From the IMG/VR virus record IMGVR_UViG_2703718837_000002: a stretch of DNA of 38,688 nucleotides; one strand, 5' to 3'. The notes under the pieces are model-generated. The model saw nothing but the letters and a program-made list of their open reading frames with translations. It made no database searches and was not told where the DNA came from. The translations under genes and the position numbers were made by a program. This DNA is from a virus (Duplodnaviria; Heunggongvirae; Uroviricota; Caudoviricetes). Below are positions 1 to 9,698 of this stretch, in pieces (the first letter of the stretch is position 1; each line of letters opens with the position of its first letter).

Positions 1-107
1 AGCAATAAAGTAAAAGTATCCGGAAAGATAATAATCATGTGTTTTTATTTTTTTAGCTTAATTTGTATTTTTCGGAATTTTATTTATTAATGGGTGTTTT
101 TGGTGCA

Positions 108-132
108 ATAAAAAACCGCTCTGAAGGAGCGG
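108..132 (-). terminator. putative intrinsic terminator read on the minus strand
   Basis: Hairpin CCGCTC-TGAAG-GAGCGG (116-132). An A-run at 110-115 precedes it on the + strand, which is a T-run after it on the minus strand. No minus-strand CDS is adjacent. Confidence 0.4.
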
Positions 133-292
133 TGAAGCGAATAGTCTAAAAATGAGATGCTATATGATTTTTTATCTATGCTACTTGTATCTTTTAGATA
201 ATAAAAGGTTTCTGTTCTTTTTTAAGAGTTTTAATGATTAGAGTGGGGTGGTTGATGTTTCTGTATGCATGAAGGGATAGTGTGTTATGCAT

Positions 293-321
293 AAAAAAAA
301 TCCCGCACTGATTTGGCGGGA
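293..321 (-). terminator. putative intrinsic terminator read on the minus strand
   Basis: Hairpin TCCCGC-N9-GCGGGA (301-321). A8 at 293-300 precedes it on the + strand, which is T8 after it on the minus strand. Confidence 0.45.
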
Positions 322-505
322 GAGCATGTATATAATAGGAGACTTGTACTTACATTATTTTATTAATGATAGAAGAAATATGCTCTGTTGTGAAGTGATA
401 GGGTTTGTTTACAGACTTTTATTCTTTTATTAGATGCCCGCAAGGGAAAATATGAAATTCTGTTCAGGGTATTAAGAGCATGGGAATCAAGGTCGACCGT
501 TTGAG

Positions 506-524
506 AAGTTACTTTGCATACCAT
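506..524 (+). promoter_or_regulatory. Lpa-type late promoter candidate upstream of lydA (LPdar position)
   Basis: AAGTTACTT, then N4, then TACCAT. The same box, spacing and TANNNT pattern is seen at four other sites in this window. It lies about 25 nt upstream of the lydA SD (AGGAGGG). Confidence 0.55.
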
Positions 525-552
525 TACCTCCTGACAACGTAGGAGGGAACTT

Positions 553-882
553 GTGCTTGACACACAGGAATTAGCTCCAGTTGCTATTGCGCTCCTGCTT
601 TCAGTAATTGGTGGGATAGGCACGTTCCTGATGGATGTCCGAGATGGTCGCCAGTCTGGCAATTTGTTGGGATTGGTTACGGAGATCTTTGTTGCAGTGA
701 CAGCTGGCGCGGTGGCGTACCTATTGGGGCAACACGAGGGCTGGGAGTTATCAATTACGTACTTAATGGTAACGATAGCCAGCAATAACGGTCATGAGGT
801 GATTTCAGGGATGAAACGAGTGAATATCGATAGCATTCTGAATGTTCTTACAAGTTTGGTGAAAAAGGGAGGCGGGAAATGA
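553..882 (+). CDS. lydA: LydA-like holin, small membrane protein
   Basis: GTG start 5 nt after AGGAGGG. The 109 aa product has hydrophobic segments. It is the first gene of the darA operon, as in P1. Confidence 0.8.
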   Translation: MLDTQELAPVAIALLLSVIGGIGTFLMDVRDGRQSGNLLGLVTEIFVAVTAGAVAYLLGQHEGWELSITYLMVTIASNNGHEVISGMKRVNIDSILNVLTSLVKKGGGK

Positions 883-1322
883 TTGGCTGGGGTGTATGCG
901 CTCTTGCGTTAGCCTTAGCCGATCGCTATTTGCTAAAACGCAAGGACATCACGCATTTAGAACTTGGTGATGTGGAAATTAAACAGGGCTTCATCCGGGT
1001 GCCGTTCAAATACCGGTCTAAATTCCCGTTTTTGCGCGGCGCAACGGTCAGATATTGGATCCGGGATGTTCAGAAGCCGACGACAGTGATTGAAGGCGAA
1101 CAACGTTGTCTGACGTCGGCTGAACAGGGCGAAAACAGTGAATGGTTGTACATACCCACTGAATATATGGGTAAAGGAGAACGGCTGTGGCATTTCAACG
1201 TCATGGTTACGCATGGTGACTCGTTCATTAACCCGTTGTATCGGATTTTCCCTGTTACTCAGCAAATCCGCAGAAGTTACGTAATAAATCTCGCACAGGA
1301 TGTGTCAGATGACGAAAAATAA
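879..1322 (+). CDS. lydB: LydB-like antiholin or lysis regulator
   Basis: ATGA start-stop overlap with lydA. 147 aa. Assigned by P1 synteny. Confidence 0.75.
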   Translation: MIGWGVCALALALADRYLLKRKDITHLELGDVEIKQGFIRVPFKYRSKFPFLRGATVRYWIRDVQKPTTVIEGEQRCLTSAEQGENSEWLYIPTEYMGKGERLWHFNVMVTHGDSFINPLYRIFPVTQQIRRSYVINLAQDVSDDEK

Positions 1323-1911
1323 GTATGCAACGGTCGATTTTGACCAGGTTAATGAAAAGGGGCTGAAATCCCTTATCGCGGCGATCAATAAAACCGGTGT
1401 TACGGTAATTGAGGTTGACTCCAACAACCGCGCAACAACGAAAGATGGCGTTAAAGTTAAATCCGCAAAGCTGGTTCTTAACGACGGACAAATTCTTGCC
1501 ATACAGGTAAACGATACTGGCGATATATCGTCTGTGAGGCTGAATGGAAAAGCTATTCCTAACGCTCAGTCGCCGGATATCAAGACGCTTGGTACCGTCA
1601 TGGGGCAAGCGGCCCGCAAAAACTCCGCAAAATTCCAGAAATCACTGATCGCCAAAGCGAAGCGTGTTGCCAATCCGGTAGACAAGAAACCGGCAGTAAA
1701 ATCCAACTTTCAGCGCCTGCAAGAAGCAAAACAGCGGAATGCTCAGGTGGTTGCCGCTTATAAGTCCGCGCAGAATTCGGTGTCTTTCAATCAACAGCAG
1801 ATCACAGATTTGCGGGCGAAGTTGGATAAGGAGACGGGCCGACTCAATAACGAAAAGGCACGGAATGGCGAACTCAAACGCCGTCTTAAGCAACTGAAAG
1901 CAGGAAATTAA
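1309..1911 (+). CDS. hdf: Hdf, homolog of a DarA fragment
   Basis: ATG at 1309 has AGGA 8 nt upstream and is preferred over 1300. The product shares the NSAKFQ-containing segment with the downstream DarA. The C-terminus looks like a coiled coil. Confidence 0.7.
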   Translation: MTKNKYATVDFDQVNEKGLKSLIAAINKTGVTVIEVDSNNRATTKDGVKVKSAKLVLNDGQILAIQVNDTGDISSVRLNGKAIPNAQSPDIKTLGTVMGQAARKNSAKFQKSLIAKAKRVANPVDKKPAVKSNFQRLQEAKQRNAQVVAAYKSAQNSVSFNQQQITDLRAKLDKETGRLNNEKARNGELKRRLKQLKAGN

Positions 1912-1912
1912 C

Positions 1913-3832
1913 ATGGAACAGTTCAATATCAATAAAGGGGTGACGATTAAGCCGGGGCTTGACGTGCTTCCCCCGCCGGTGACTGATGATGAATATCGCG
2001 CATTAATGGCTGGTGAGGACCGCTATCTGATGACGGAATCCAACACCCTGGAGGAAATCGAGGCTACGTTCTTCTATGACACGCCGATCCACTGGTGTGC
2101 TACGGATTTACTGGAGGCGATTAGTTCTACTCGTTTGCAGTTACACCGGATCATGCAGGCATTTGTCCGGGCATTGAACCAGAAGCTGAATGGTACCGGA
2201 ATCTCTGCGGGGAGTGATAAAACGGGCGATGTGGCCCAGAGCGGCGCGCGCGCGATCGGCGGCGCTGAAATTGGTCGGGCACGTAACGTTAACGGGCTGC
2301 CGGTCCTGCCAGCCATTATTCCGCTCAGTGATGGTCAGACTATCAGCATTCTGTTTCATAGCCCGACAGCGGAAAACCGGATCACTAATAGCGATACGCT
2401 GGTTGCTTTCCAGTTCTTACTGAATAAAAAAGACGTTACTCACACCGTTGCTCCGATGAGTGGACGTGATATGACGCTGGCGCAGGTCACCATGAAACTT
2501 GCCAACCTTGCAGAGAAAAACTCGGCAAAATTCCAGCGTGCGCAGAAGAAGAAAAAAGCCCTAGTTGATGAAATAACCCAACTACAGGCTGACAGTGACC
2601 AGAAAGAGGATGCCATGAGCGACCTCGCGGATCAGGTGGCAGCGGTAGAAGGCCAGAAGGCAGATCTGGAGCAGAAAATTAACGCGGTTGCTTCGGAAGC
2701 GGATTCTCTTTATCAAGAAAATGAGCGTTTGCAGGCGGAGATTGATCAGCTCAATCGCACTGGTGGGCGCGATACCATTGCTCCAGCGGGGATGACTGGT
2801 GGGCACTCTCGCGCGCTGACGGATCGCCTTGCCAGTATCAAAAATCGTATGCATATGGACGGGGAAACAACGCTCAGTAATGGTGCATCAATGAAGCAAT
2901 TCATTGGGGACGGCGAAGGGTATATCCAGTTAACCGATCCGGATGGCAGCGTGTACATGATCAAGGCTAAATCCATACAGGGTGTGGACATGGCAGATGC
3001 GATCGGCAAGCTGTTTAAAGCCTATAAAGCGGGTAATGTATCGGAATATCTGGTCCTGCCAGAAGAACATAAACCGGAAAACGTCGAACCTGAACCGGCG
3101 GAGGATACCGGTAGCTCTTCGCCTGAACCAGAAGTCTCTGTAGGTGCATATCGATATGCCCTGCAAATGCGTCCGGCGGCCCCTGGCGCGATACCTGAAG
3201 GTAACAAAGCAATTCTGCCGCGCCCTGATGAAGGTGACCCGTATTATGAATATGCACGCTACGGCATTGCTACTTACGATACCCCGCTTTCTGATCAGCA
3301 AATGAGTGAGTACGATCTGAAGTTATTGCCTCGCGAGGATTCTTTCGACTTTCTGGCGAAGACACTTACTAATGGTCCGTTTGGCAAATATGCACAAAAA
3401 GCTCTGGAGCTGGCCACCAGCTCACCAGACGAGTTCCGCGTAATGCTGAAGACTCAGTTTCAAAAAACTTTCCCCAATATTGCGTTTCCGGGTGGCGTTG
3501 GCACCGAGAAAATGGTGCAGAGCATGATCAATGCATTGCAGGCCGAAGTCGGTGAGATTACTCAGCCAGAACCGGCCCCGGCACAGCCTGATGAAACGGT
3601 TAGCGAGGCAGATGCAGAGGCTAATAAAGCCATTGAATATCTCAATAACGTGATGGATATGCAAAGCACTGACATGGCGGAGATCCGTAACGCCCGGGGT
3701 AATGTCCGGGAAGCGATTGCAGCCCTTCAGGCTGCCGGGCGTTTTGAGGAAAACGAAGAGCTGGTTAATGGCGCAGCTCGCCACCTGGCTGATCTGCTGG
3801 TAGCAATCCAGAAAGCGGGGGTAGCGGCATGA
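1913..3832 (+). CDS. darA: DarA, internal head and antirestriction protein precursor
   Basis: 639 aa, matching my recollection of P1 DarA in size and position. It has a central coiled coil and an acidic, Pro-rich linker. Confidence 0.85.
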   Translation: MEQFNINKGVTIKPGLDVLPPPVTDDEYRALMAGEDRYLMTESNTLEEIEATFFYDTPIHWCATDLLEAISSTRLQLHRIMQAFVRALNQKLNGTGISAGSDKTGDVAQSGARAIGGAEIGRARNVNGLPVLPAIIPLSDGQTISILFHSPTAENRITNSDTLVAFQFLLNKKDVTHTVAPMSGRDMTLAQVTMKLANLAEKNSAKFQRAQKKKKALVDEITQLQADSDQKEDAMSDLADQVAAVEGQKADLEQKINAVASEADSLYQENERLQAEIDQLNRTGGRDTIAPAGMTGGHSRALTDRLASIKNRMHMDGETTLSNGASMKQFIGDGEGYIQLTDPDGSVYMIKAKSIQGVDMADAIGKLFKAYKAGNVSEYLVLPEEHKPENVEPEPAEDTGSSSPEPEVSVGAYRYALQMRPAAPGAIPEGNKAILPRPDEGDPYYEYARYGIATYDTPLSDQQMSEYDLKLLPREDSFDFLAKTLTNGPFGKYAQKALELATSSPDEFRVMLKTQFQKTFPNIAFPGGVGTEKMVQSMINALQAEVGEITQPEPAPAQPDETVSEADAEANKAIEYLNNVMDMQSTDMAEIRNARGNVREAIAALQAAGRFEENEELVNGAARHLADLLVAIQKAGVAA

Positions 3833-4194
3833 CACTATCAGCTATTGAGTTAATGGACCTCAGCGATAAGTTGGATGCTCTGATGTCCAAAGCGGCTACC
3901 GCGAGTGGCATGGAGTTGCTGGATATCAGCGATGAAATTGACCAGATCATGCAACAGATGGGGTACGGCGCGTCCGGCGGCAGTAGTGGCGAGGAAAAAC
4001 AACCTTCGGTACATGATGGTGTGCCAAAACTGGTTGCTGATTTCCTAGCTGATAAATTCGTCGATCAGAGCACAGATGCATTTATCGGTACGTTACAGGA
4101 CTTGAGTCAATATGTTGGCACATACATCGACCTGGACCAGGTTAAACAGCACACGGCGGCATGGATAGCCGCCAATATTCAAGAGGCAGCATAA
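3829..4194 (+). CDS. ddrA: DdrA
   Basis: 121 aa, acidic. ATGA overlap with the darA stop. Assigned by P1 synteny. Confidence 0.75.
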   Translation: MTLSAIELMDLSDKLDALMSKAATASGMELLDISDEIDQIMQQMGYGASGGSSGEEKQPSVHDGVPKLVADFLADKFVDQSTDAFIGTLQDLSQYVGTYIDLDQVKQHTAAWIAANIQEAA

Positions 4195-4206
4195 GGCGTA
4201 ACAGGG

Positions 4207-7194
4207 ATGAGCTTAAGCGATCAGGTGGTAATGGCCACCAGCATAGAAACGCTGATCGAGCTGCTAAAAAACCTGCCCGATTTCGGGCGGGTTTCGTATG
4301 TGGTGACAGCGAAGGGTGACGAGGTAAAAACAGCGTTTGATATCGTCGATGCCTCGGCTCTTTTGGTATCCAATACTCTGGACGGGAAAATTAACCCTGA
4401 CTATCCCCAGGAACTTCAGCCGCGCGACCGGACCCGCGCATCCAGCCTTCTTCAGGTTAACCAGATATCCAAGGATTTGCGGCCAGCTCAGCTTACCGAT
4501 TCCGGTTTATCCAGCCATGGCGCGCCGATAATTGGCGAGGACAATGCCGTTGAGTCAGGTAATGGGCGGACCATGGGGATCATTAAAGCCTATCAGGACG
4601 GTAATGCGGATCGGTATCGGGAGTACCTGATTGAACATGCGACCGAATTCGGCATACGGCCTGAAAAGGTTGAATCAATGACGGCTCCGGTACTGGTGCG
4701 CCGCCGGTTAACTAAGGTTGACCGCGTTCAGTTTGCCAAGGACTCAAATATTTCTGATCTTCAGGAAATGGCAGCCAGTGAAAAGGCTTTTGTTGATGCC
4801 GACAGCATAACACCGGCGATGATGGCGTTGTTTAACCCGTCAGAAAGCGGAGATCTGCTTAGCCGCAGTAATGACGCGTTTATTCGCGGATTCATGACGC
4901 AAGTTGGTGCCACACAGGCTGCTGGCCTTGTAACGGAAGATGGGCGACCAACACGGCAACTTGTAGACCGTATACAAAACGCGATCTTTGCCAAGGCATA
5001 TAAGGATGCGCGCCTGGTAAGGATGGTTGCAGAAGAACCTGATCCGGATATGCGTAATGTTCTGACGGCGCTTAATGCGGCGGCCAATGATTTTGTCCAG
5101 ATGCAGGCTTTATCAGGAGAAGCGCACAAGCAGGCTGTGACAACTATCGTTGATGGTATTGAAACAGCGGATAGCCTCGATAAAAAGGCGCTGGCGGCAT
5201 TGAAAGATGCGGTAGACCTGGTAAGGCAATCGAAGGAGTCAGGCCAACATATTACCGATGTTATTGCTCAGGGGGATATGTTCAGCGAAACAGCCCCGGA
5301 AGTGAAAGCTCTCGCGTTGTTCATCGTCGCGAATAACCGTAGCGCGAAGCGTATGGCCACCGCCTTTAAATTGATGGCTCAACGTATCAATGATGAGTTA
5401 CAGCACCAGGGCCAGGCGCTCGGGGATATGTTTGGCGGCGGCGATGTGTCGTTACAGGATATCCTTCGCCAGGTATCTCAGGAACTGGAAAACGAAGGTA
5501 TGCAAGGGATATCTGGCGGTCTTTTCGAGTCAGCTTCCGGCGGTAGTTACAACGGTGTTGCTCCATATACCAGCTTGCTATTACATCGGGCATCCGGCAT
5601 CAAAGACATTATTCATCTGATCAGGCTGCTATCCCGTACAGATCCCCAGGATGAACAGCTTGTTCAAGTGCTTGCGCATTTTGTTCGAATGCCTGTTGCC
5701 GACGTGAAAAAATGGTGCCGATTATTCGGTATCAGCAATTCGTTACTTCGCGGCTTGTTAAATCACGCATCCTCCCTTGGGCGCGATGGCTTTGACGAGA
5801 TAGCGCAGGCTATAAAAAACGGAGATATGCCACCAGCTATTGACTGGTTTTCCATTCGCCCAACCAGGGTGAAAGCATTCCTTAGCGCGGCGCATTCGGC
5901 ATCACCATTGGCAGAAATGGTTCAGAGGTTGTCGCTCATATTCACAGACCATACCGCGTTGGGTGATCTGACTCTGGACGAGATGAAAGAAGCCTCCATT
6001 CAGTGGTCCGATCAACAAAATGAGGTTAACTCTGACTTCTTGCCAGCATTCAGGAAGGCCGTTAGTAAAGCGGATGATGCCCGTGGAATTCTGAAGGCAT
6101 TTAAGGCATTGCAAAGTCGGGTTAATAAACATGTCGGTGATATCGATGGGGTAACGGCGGAAGGCAGGGATATCCTTAAAGAGCACGGCATAACGCCAGA
6201 GTTTATTGATGAGATCAGGACGGATATGCAGCGTGAGGTCGTATCGTCCCTGCAAATTGTAGCCAGAGCGTTGGCGGATGCTAATCCGAAGAGTGCGGCC
6301 ATTGTTAACCGGGTTATTGGTGATATTGAAGCATCGGAGGGCATGGGGGCGCTGAAACTCTTCCTTTCGCGAGCGTTTAATCCTAACGGCAATATTCTCC
6401 CTGGCATTATTGGTGAGGCTAAAAGGTATGTCAGTGAAGAAGAACTTGAGCAGCTTGACCAACTACTTAAGCGATTCTCATATAACCCGCAGACACGCTG
6501 GCAAATGAATCAGCGAAGTATGGGTTCGGTTCACGAGAAAGTGTTATCTGCCATGAACAGTGCGATCGCAAACTCATCCGTATCTGAAGAAAAAGCTCTT
6601 GAGTGGGCCGACTCTTTTATCACGGAAGAAGTGGAAGAAGCCCGCGCTGGACAGAATGGTGGGATAGACCTGCGCAAGGAACTTGCTGATATTTATCGCC
6701 TGACCGGCGGTAAAATTTCGACCTTATCAAAGGTGGTTCACCACCAGGGAAGGGCATATGCAAATCTTAATGGTGTTGTTGCTGTCAATTTGAACGATGA
6801 AAATGCAAGTGCACTGTGGCACGAGCTGGGTCATCATCTTGAGTACAGTAACCCTGGTTTGTTAGAGAAAGCCCGGTCATTCCTGAAGGCCAATGTTGAA
6901 GGGGATAAGCCATCTTTCGTCAATATCGGTGGGCGTGGCAAGCCTGAATGGTGCTTCAGATCTCGATTGAGTAATATTTATATGGCGAAGGTATACCCGC
7001 CAGCCTCAGTAAGTAACACCGGGAAAATTCGGCAGAAATCACCGACTATTTCCAAAACGTCAGCAACGGAAGTATTCTCTATGGCTCTTCAGTTGTATCA
7101 TGACAAAGAGGCCGCTGCCGCATCACTGATGAATGGTGACGGATTGCTGGAACTGTTATTAGGTGTGGCAAAGGAGCTAAATAATGCAGATTAA
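4207..7194 (+). CDS. ddrB: DdrB, large polyvalent virion protein with a ParB-like N-terminal region and an HEXXH metallopeptidase-like motif
   Basis: 995 aa. The N-terminal motifs ELQPRDR, GAPIIG and VESGNGR are typical of ParB/Srx-like domains. HELGH is encoded at 6820-6834. Assigned by P1 synteny. Confidence 0.8.
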   Translation: MSLSDQVVMATSIETLIELLKNLPDFGRVSYVVTAKGDEVKTAFDIVDASALLVSNTLDGKINPDYPQELQPRDRTRASSLLQVNQISKDLRPAQLTDSGLSSHGAPIIGEDNAVESGNGRTMGIIKAYQDGNADRYREYLIEHATEFGIRPEKVESMTAPVLVRRRLTKVDRVQFAKDSNISDLQEMAASEKAFVDADSITPAMMALFNPSESGDLLSRSNDAFIRGFMTQVGATQAAGLVTEDGRPTRQLVDRIQNAIFAKAYKDARLVRMVAEEPDPDMRNVLTALNAAANDFVQMQALSGEAHKQAVTTIVDGIETADSLDKKALAALKDAVDLVRQSKESGQHITDVIAQGDMFSETAPEVKALALFIVANNRSAKRMATAFKLMAQRINDELQHQGQALGDMFGGGDVSLQDILRQVSQELENEGMQGISGGLFESASGGSYNGVAPYTSLLLHRASGIKDIIHLIRLLSRTDPQDEQLVQVLAHFVRMPVADVKKWCRLFGISNSLLRGLLNHASSLGRDGFDEIAQAIKNGDMPPAIDWFSIRPTRVKAFLSAAHSASPLAEMVQRLSLIFTDHTALGDLTLDEMKEASIQWSDQQNEVNSDFLPAFRKAVSKADDARGILKAFKALQSRVNKHVGDIDGVTAEGRDILKEHGITPEFIDEIRTDMQREVVSSLQIVARALADANPKSAAIVNRVIGDIEASEGMGALKLFLSRAFNPNGNILPGIIGEAKRYVSEEELEQLDQLLKRFSYNPQTRWQMNQRSMGSVHEKVLSAMNSAIANSSVSEEKALEWADSFITEEVEEARAGQNGGIDLRKELADIYRLTGGKISTLSKVVHHQGRAYANLNGVVAVNLNDENASALWHELGHHLEYSNPGLLEKARSFLKANVEGDKPSFVNIGGRGKPEWCFRSRLSNIYMAKVYPPASVSNTGKIRQKSPTISKTSATEVFSMALQLYHDKEAAAASLMNGDGLLELLLGVAKELNNAD

Positions 7195-7492
7195 AATCGC
7201 AGCGCCATTAGGTGGAGATGCCATTATCGAATTTGATGATAATGAAGAAGTTTCCGGGCGTTTAAGCATTATCTCCGGTGACATTACCGAGGACATGATC
7301 GCTGAAGCCATAGCTGGGGCAAATCCCAATAGCTATATGGGATTCGTTAACACCCTTGATGCTCCCGCAAGTGATGTTCTCCGAACGCTGCATCTTTACG
7401 CTGGCTGGTTTGTTGATTGGCCAGCAGTAGATGGTGGCGATGAGGACGACGACGATGATTTTGGTGATCATGTAGACCAGATCGTATATTGA
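7184..7492 (+). CDS. iddB: IddB-like acidic protein
   Basis: 102 aa. It overlaps the ddrB end, has a poly-Asp tail, and is the last gene of the operon before the terminator. Confidence 0.65.
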   Translation: MQIKIAAPLGGDAIIEFDDNEEVSGRLSIISGDITEDMIAEAIAGANPNSYMGFVNTLDAPASDVLRTLHLYAGWFVDWPAVDGGDEDDDDDFGDHVDQIVY

Positions 7493-7496
7493 AGAA

Positions 7497-7523
7497 ATCC
7501 CGCCAATCGGCGGGATTTTTTTT
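7497..7523. terminator. bidirectional intrinsic terminator between iddB and orf260
   Basis: Stem ATCCCGCC-AATC-GGCGGGAT followed by T8, with an A-rich tract on the 5' side. It sits between convergent genes. Confidence 0.75.
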
Positions 7524-8304
7524 AATCGCTTTCCACTTCTTCCGTGGTGTTTTCTTGCAGTTCTGTTAATGCAGCACGACATAGGTTCCGGGCATTGGCT
7601 ATAGCCACACTTTTGACTTCATCCGTCATCGTGCAGGTAATGTACTGATCGAGTTCTTCAGCGCGGATGATGCTTTTGCCAATCAGAAACTGTATTTGCC
7701 ATAGCAGATCGGCATCCATAATCAGAATTTCTGCCGGGCCTTCAGGGCCAGCCGGGAAGGAAACATAAGACTGTTTGCCCAGGCCGACAACTCGACAACT
7801 TGCTTCAAGAATTGCGCGCTTGAGGTCTGACTTTATAACGGAAACAGGTTGATTTTCACCAGTGATTACGCCGTTGACATGGAAAGGCATGTAGCTTGAA
7901 ATACGCTCCACTTTCCACACGCCAGCAAGCGATCCTTCATGCAGCACAATGGGGGTAACCGCGAGTTTCATCTCACCATATAACTGCTGGCAGATAGCTG
8001 GATTGCTGAATACATCTAAAGGCTCACATTCAAACAGCGGCGCAATCTGCATGAGGTCCATCATGGTCATCCCTGGGGTACGAGCAGTAATGAATTTGCG
8101 CATACCAGTATCCATTGCGCTCCAGATTGCTACACCATGCTTTTTGCTCACTTCTTCAGTAAAGCCAAGGTGGCACATGATGGTTTTTTCGATAGCCAGA
8201 GCAGAGATAGAAACCTTTTCGCCAGGTACTCCATCATTATTGATGGTCACTTCGACACTCTGGCCATTACGCAGGCGGTATTGAATTGCTTTAGTATTTT
8301 CCAC
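7522..8304 (-). CDS. hypothetical protein (260 aa), last gene of the ssb operon
   Basis: GTG start with GGAG 9 nt upstream, inside the end of the preceding gene. No motif recognised. Acidic C-terminal tail. Confidence 0.7.
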   Translation of the reverse strand: MENTKAIQYRLRNGQSVEVTINNDGVPGEKVSISALAIEKTIMCHLGFTEEVSKKHGVAIWSAMDTGMRKFITARTPGMTMMDLMQIAPLFECEPLDVFSNPAICQQLYGEMKLAVTPIVLHEGSLAGVWKVERISSYMPFHVNGVITGENQPVSVIKSDLKRAILEASCRVVGLGKQSYVSFPAGPEGPAEILIMDADLLWQIQFLIGKSIIRAEELDQYITCTMTDEVKSVAIANARNLCRAALTELQENTTEEVESD

Positions 8305-8310
8305 GTTAAA

Positions 8311-8988
8311 TCACTCCACTACAAACCAGTCACATGCCAGTAAGTCGCCTACAGAAGGAACCCACGGAACAACTACACCTTGTGCATTTTTTAAGGCGAA
8401 ATAAGCACCATACGGAACGAGGTCGCCGGGGAAATATCCCTTAATGGCTTCCATTCGTGCCGGGTACTGTCCTTCAGGAACCAGCCAGCAGAATTGGTTT
8501 TCGCCGTTCCACCCGCGTCGAGCAACTTTCTTGCCATCCTTCAGCCACATCAGCGCGTCAGAAAAGTCGGCTGCTTCAAGGTCGATTTCTTCTTGTAGAG
8601 TAGCGATACCGCCAGCAGAAATAGTTACGTCCCTGGCTGTAATGAATGTCACCCCATTGTGACCTTCAATGCTGAGCGATACCCCATTTTCGAAGAAGTC
8701 GTTAGTCCGACTAAAGCCTTCTTCAAATGTTTTTTCTGGTGAATAGGACAGAGATCCGTCCTCATAAGCGACCAGATATCCGCCAATTTCTGGTCGGTGT
8801 TTTTGCAAAAACATTTTATCAACATGGACTTTTACCCCTTCTGGCTCAACGACTTCGATGTTGCAAAGAAGGACCACATCCATTAGGGCGATAATTTCGA
8901 TATCTTTGATTTTTGAGGCACGAACTGTTTTATGGCTTTTGTATTTTGGAAGTGCCGTCAAAAGCTCTTTCGTTGTCATGTTATTCAT
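8311..8988 (-). CDS. two-domain protein: unknown N-terminal domain plus C-terminal DUF2829 (Tad2-like) domain
   Basis: Strong SD GAGGAAAG. The C-terminal ~85 aa (FSDALMWLKDGKKVARRGWNG ... VPWVPSVGDLLACDWFVVE) match the DUF2829 signature as I know it (AL..LK.GKKV.R.GWNG ... W.PS..DLLA.DW). Confidence 0.75.
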   Translation of the reverse strand: MNNMTTKELLTALPKYKSHKTVRASKIKDIEIIALMDVVLLCNIEVVEPEGVKVHVDKMFLQKHRPEIGGYLVAYEDGSLSYSPEKTFEEGFSRTNDFFENGVSLSIEGHNGVTFITARDVTISAGGIATLQEEIDLEAADFSDALMWLKDGKKVARRGWNGENQFCWLVPEGQYPARMEAIKGYFPGDLVPYGAYFALKNAQGVVVPWVPSVGDLLACDWFVVE

Positions 8989-9002
8989 AGTCTTTCCTCT
9001 GC

Positions 9003-9185
9003 TTAAAACCTGATGTATTGCGCCTTCAGGTGGGTCAGGAATGTTTTCCCACCAGCGAAAGCAATATCTCGGGGTGTTCTATTCGTTAAAAGCGCGTGCC
9101 ATTGCCAACTTTGGCGTTTTTTAGCGAGTTCGTGCTTTTGTTGGCGTCTGGACCACCGCTTTTCTTTCAGTCGTTTTTTACTCAT
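9003..9185 (-). CDS. small basic protein (60 aa), uncertain
   Basis: ATG 5 nt after the ssb stop with no clear SD, so translational coupling is possible. The product is rich in Lys, Arg and Trp. Confidence 0.4.
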   Translation of the reverse strand: MSKKRLKEKRWSRRQQKHELAKKRQSWQWHALLTNRTPRDIAFAGGKTFLTHLKAQYIRF

Positions 9186-9190
9186 AAACT

Positions 9191-9679
9191 CTAAAACGGA
9201 ATATCGTCGTCAAAGTCCATTGGAGGTTCGTTATTGGCGTTGCTCTGAGGTTTGCCGCCACCGCTGTATTGCTGGTGGTTTTGAGGTTGGTTTGATTGCC
9301 CCCAGCCATTTGAGGACTGTGAATCGTCACGGCGAGCGCCGATCATTTGCATGGTGCCGCCCTGGCTGACGATAATTTCCGTCGTGTAACGTTCTACACC
9401 GGCGTCATCTGTCCACTTACGGGTTTTAAGTTTCCCTTCGATGTAGACCTGAGAACCTTTTCGTAAATACTCACTCGCAATTTCAGCAAGTTTTCCGAAC
9501 AAAACGACTTTATGCCATTCTGTTTGCTCTTTCTGTTGGCCCGTTTGCTTGTCGCGCCATGATTCATTCGTTGCGATGCTGAGTCCTCCGACCGCTCCGC
9601 CATTTGGTATATACCTGATCTCCGGGTCTTGCCCCAGGGTACCAATCAGGATGACTTTGTTTACACCGCGTTGTGCCAC
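9191..9679 (-). CDS. ssb: single-stranded DNA-binding protein
   Basis: Canonical SSB sequence: an N-terminal OB fold ([16 protein letters not shown]), a Gly/Gln-rich linker and the C-terminal DFDDDIPF tip. GTG start. Confidence 0.95.
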   Translation of the reverse strand: MAQRGVNKVILIGTLGQDPEIRYIPNGGAVGGLSIATNESWRDKQTGQQKEQTEWHKVVLFGKLAEIASEYLRKGSQVYIEGKLKTRKWTDDAGVERYTTEIIVSQGGTMQMIGARRDDSQSSNGWGQSNQPQNHQQYSGGGKPQSNANNEPPMDFDDDIPF

Positions 9680-9698
9680 TTATCTTACCTAATAAAAT

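Noticed and set aside
363-785. 140-aa minus-strand ORF
   Set aside because: It is antisense to lydA and its SD and promoter region. lydA has the strong SD and the P1 synteny.
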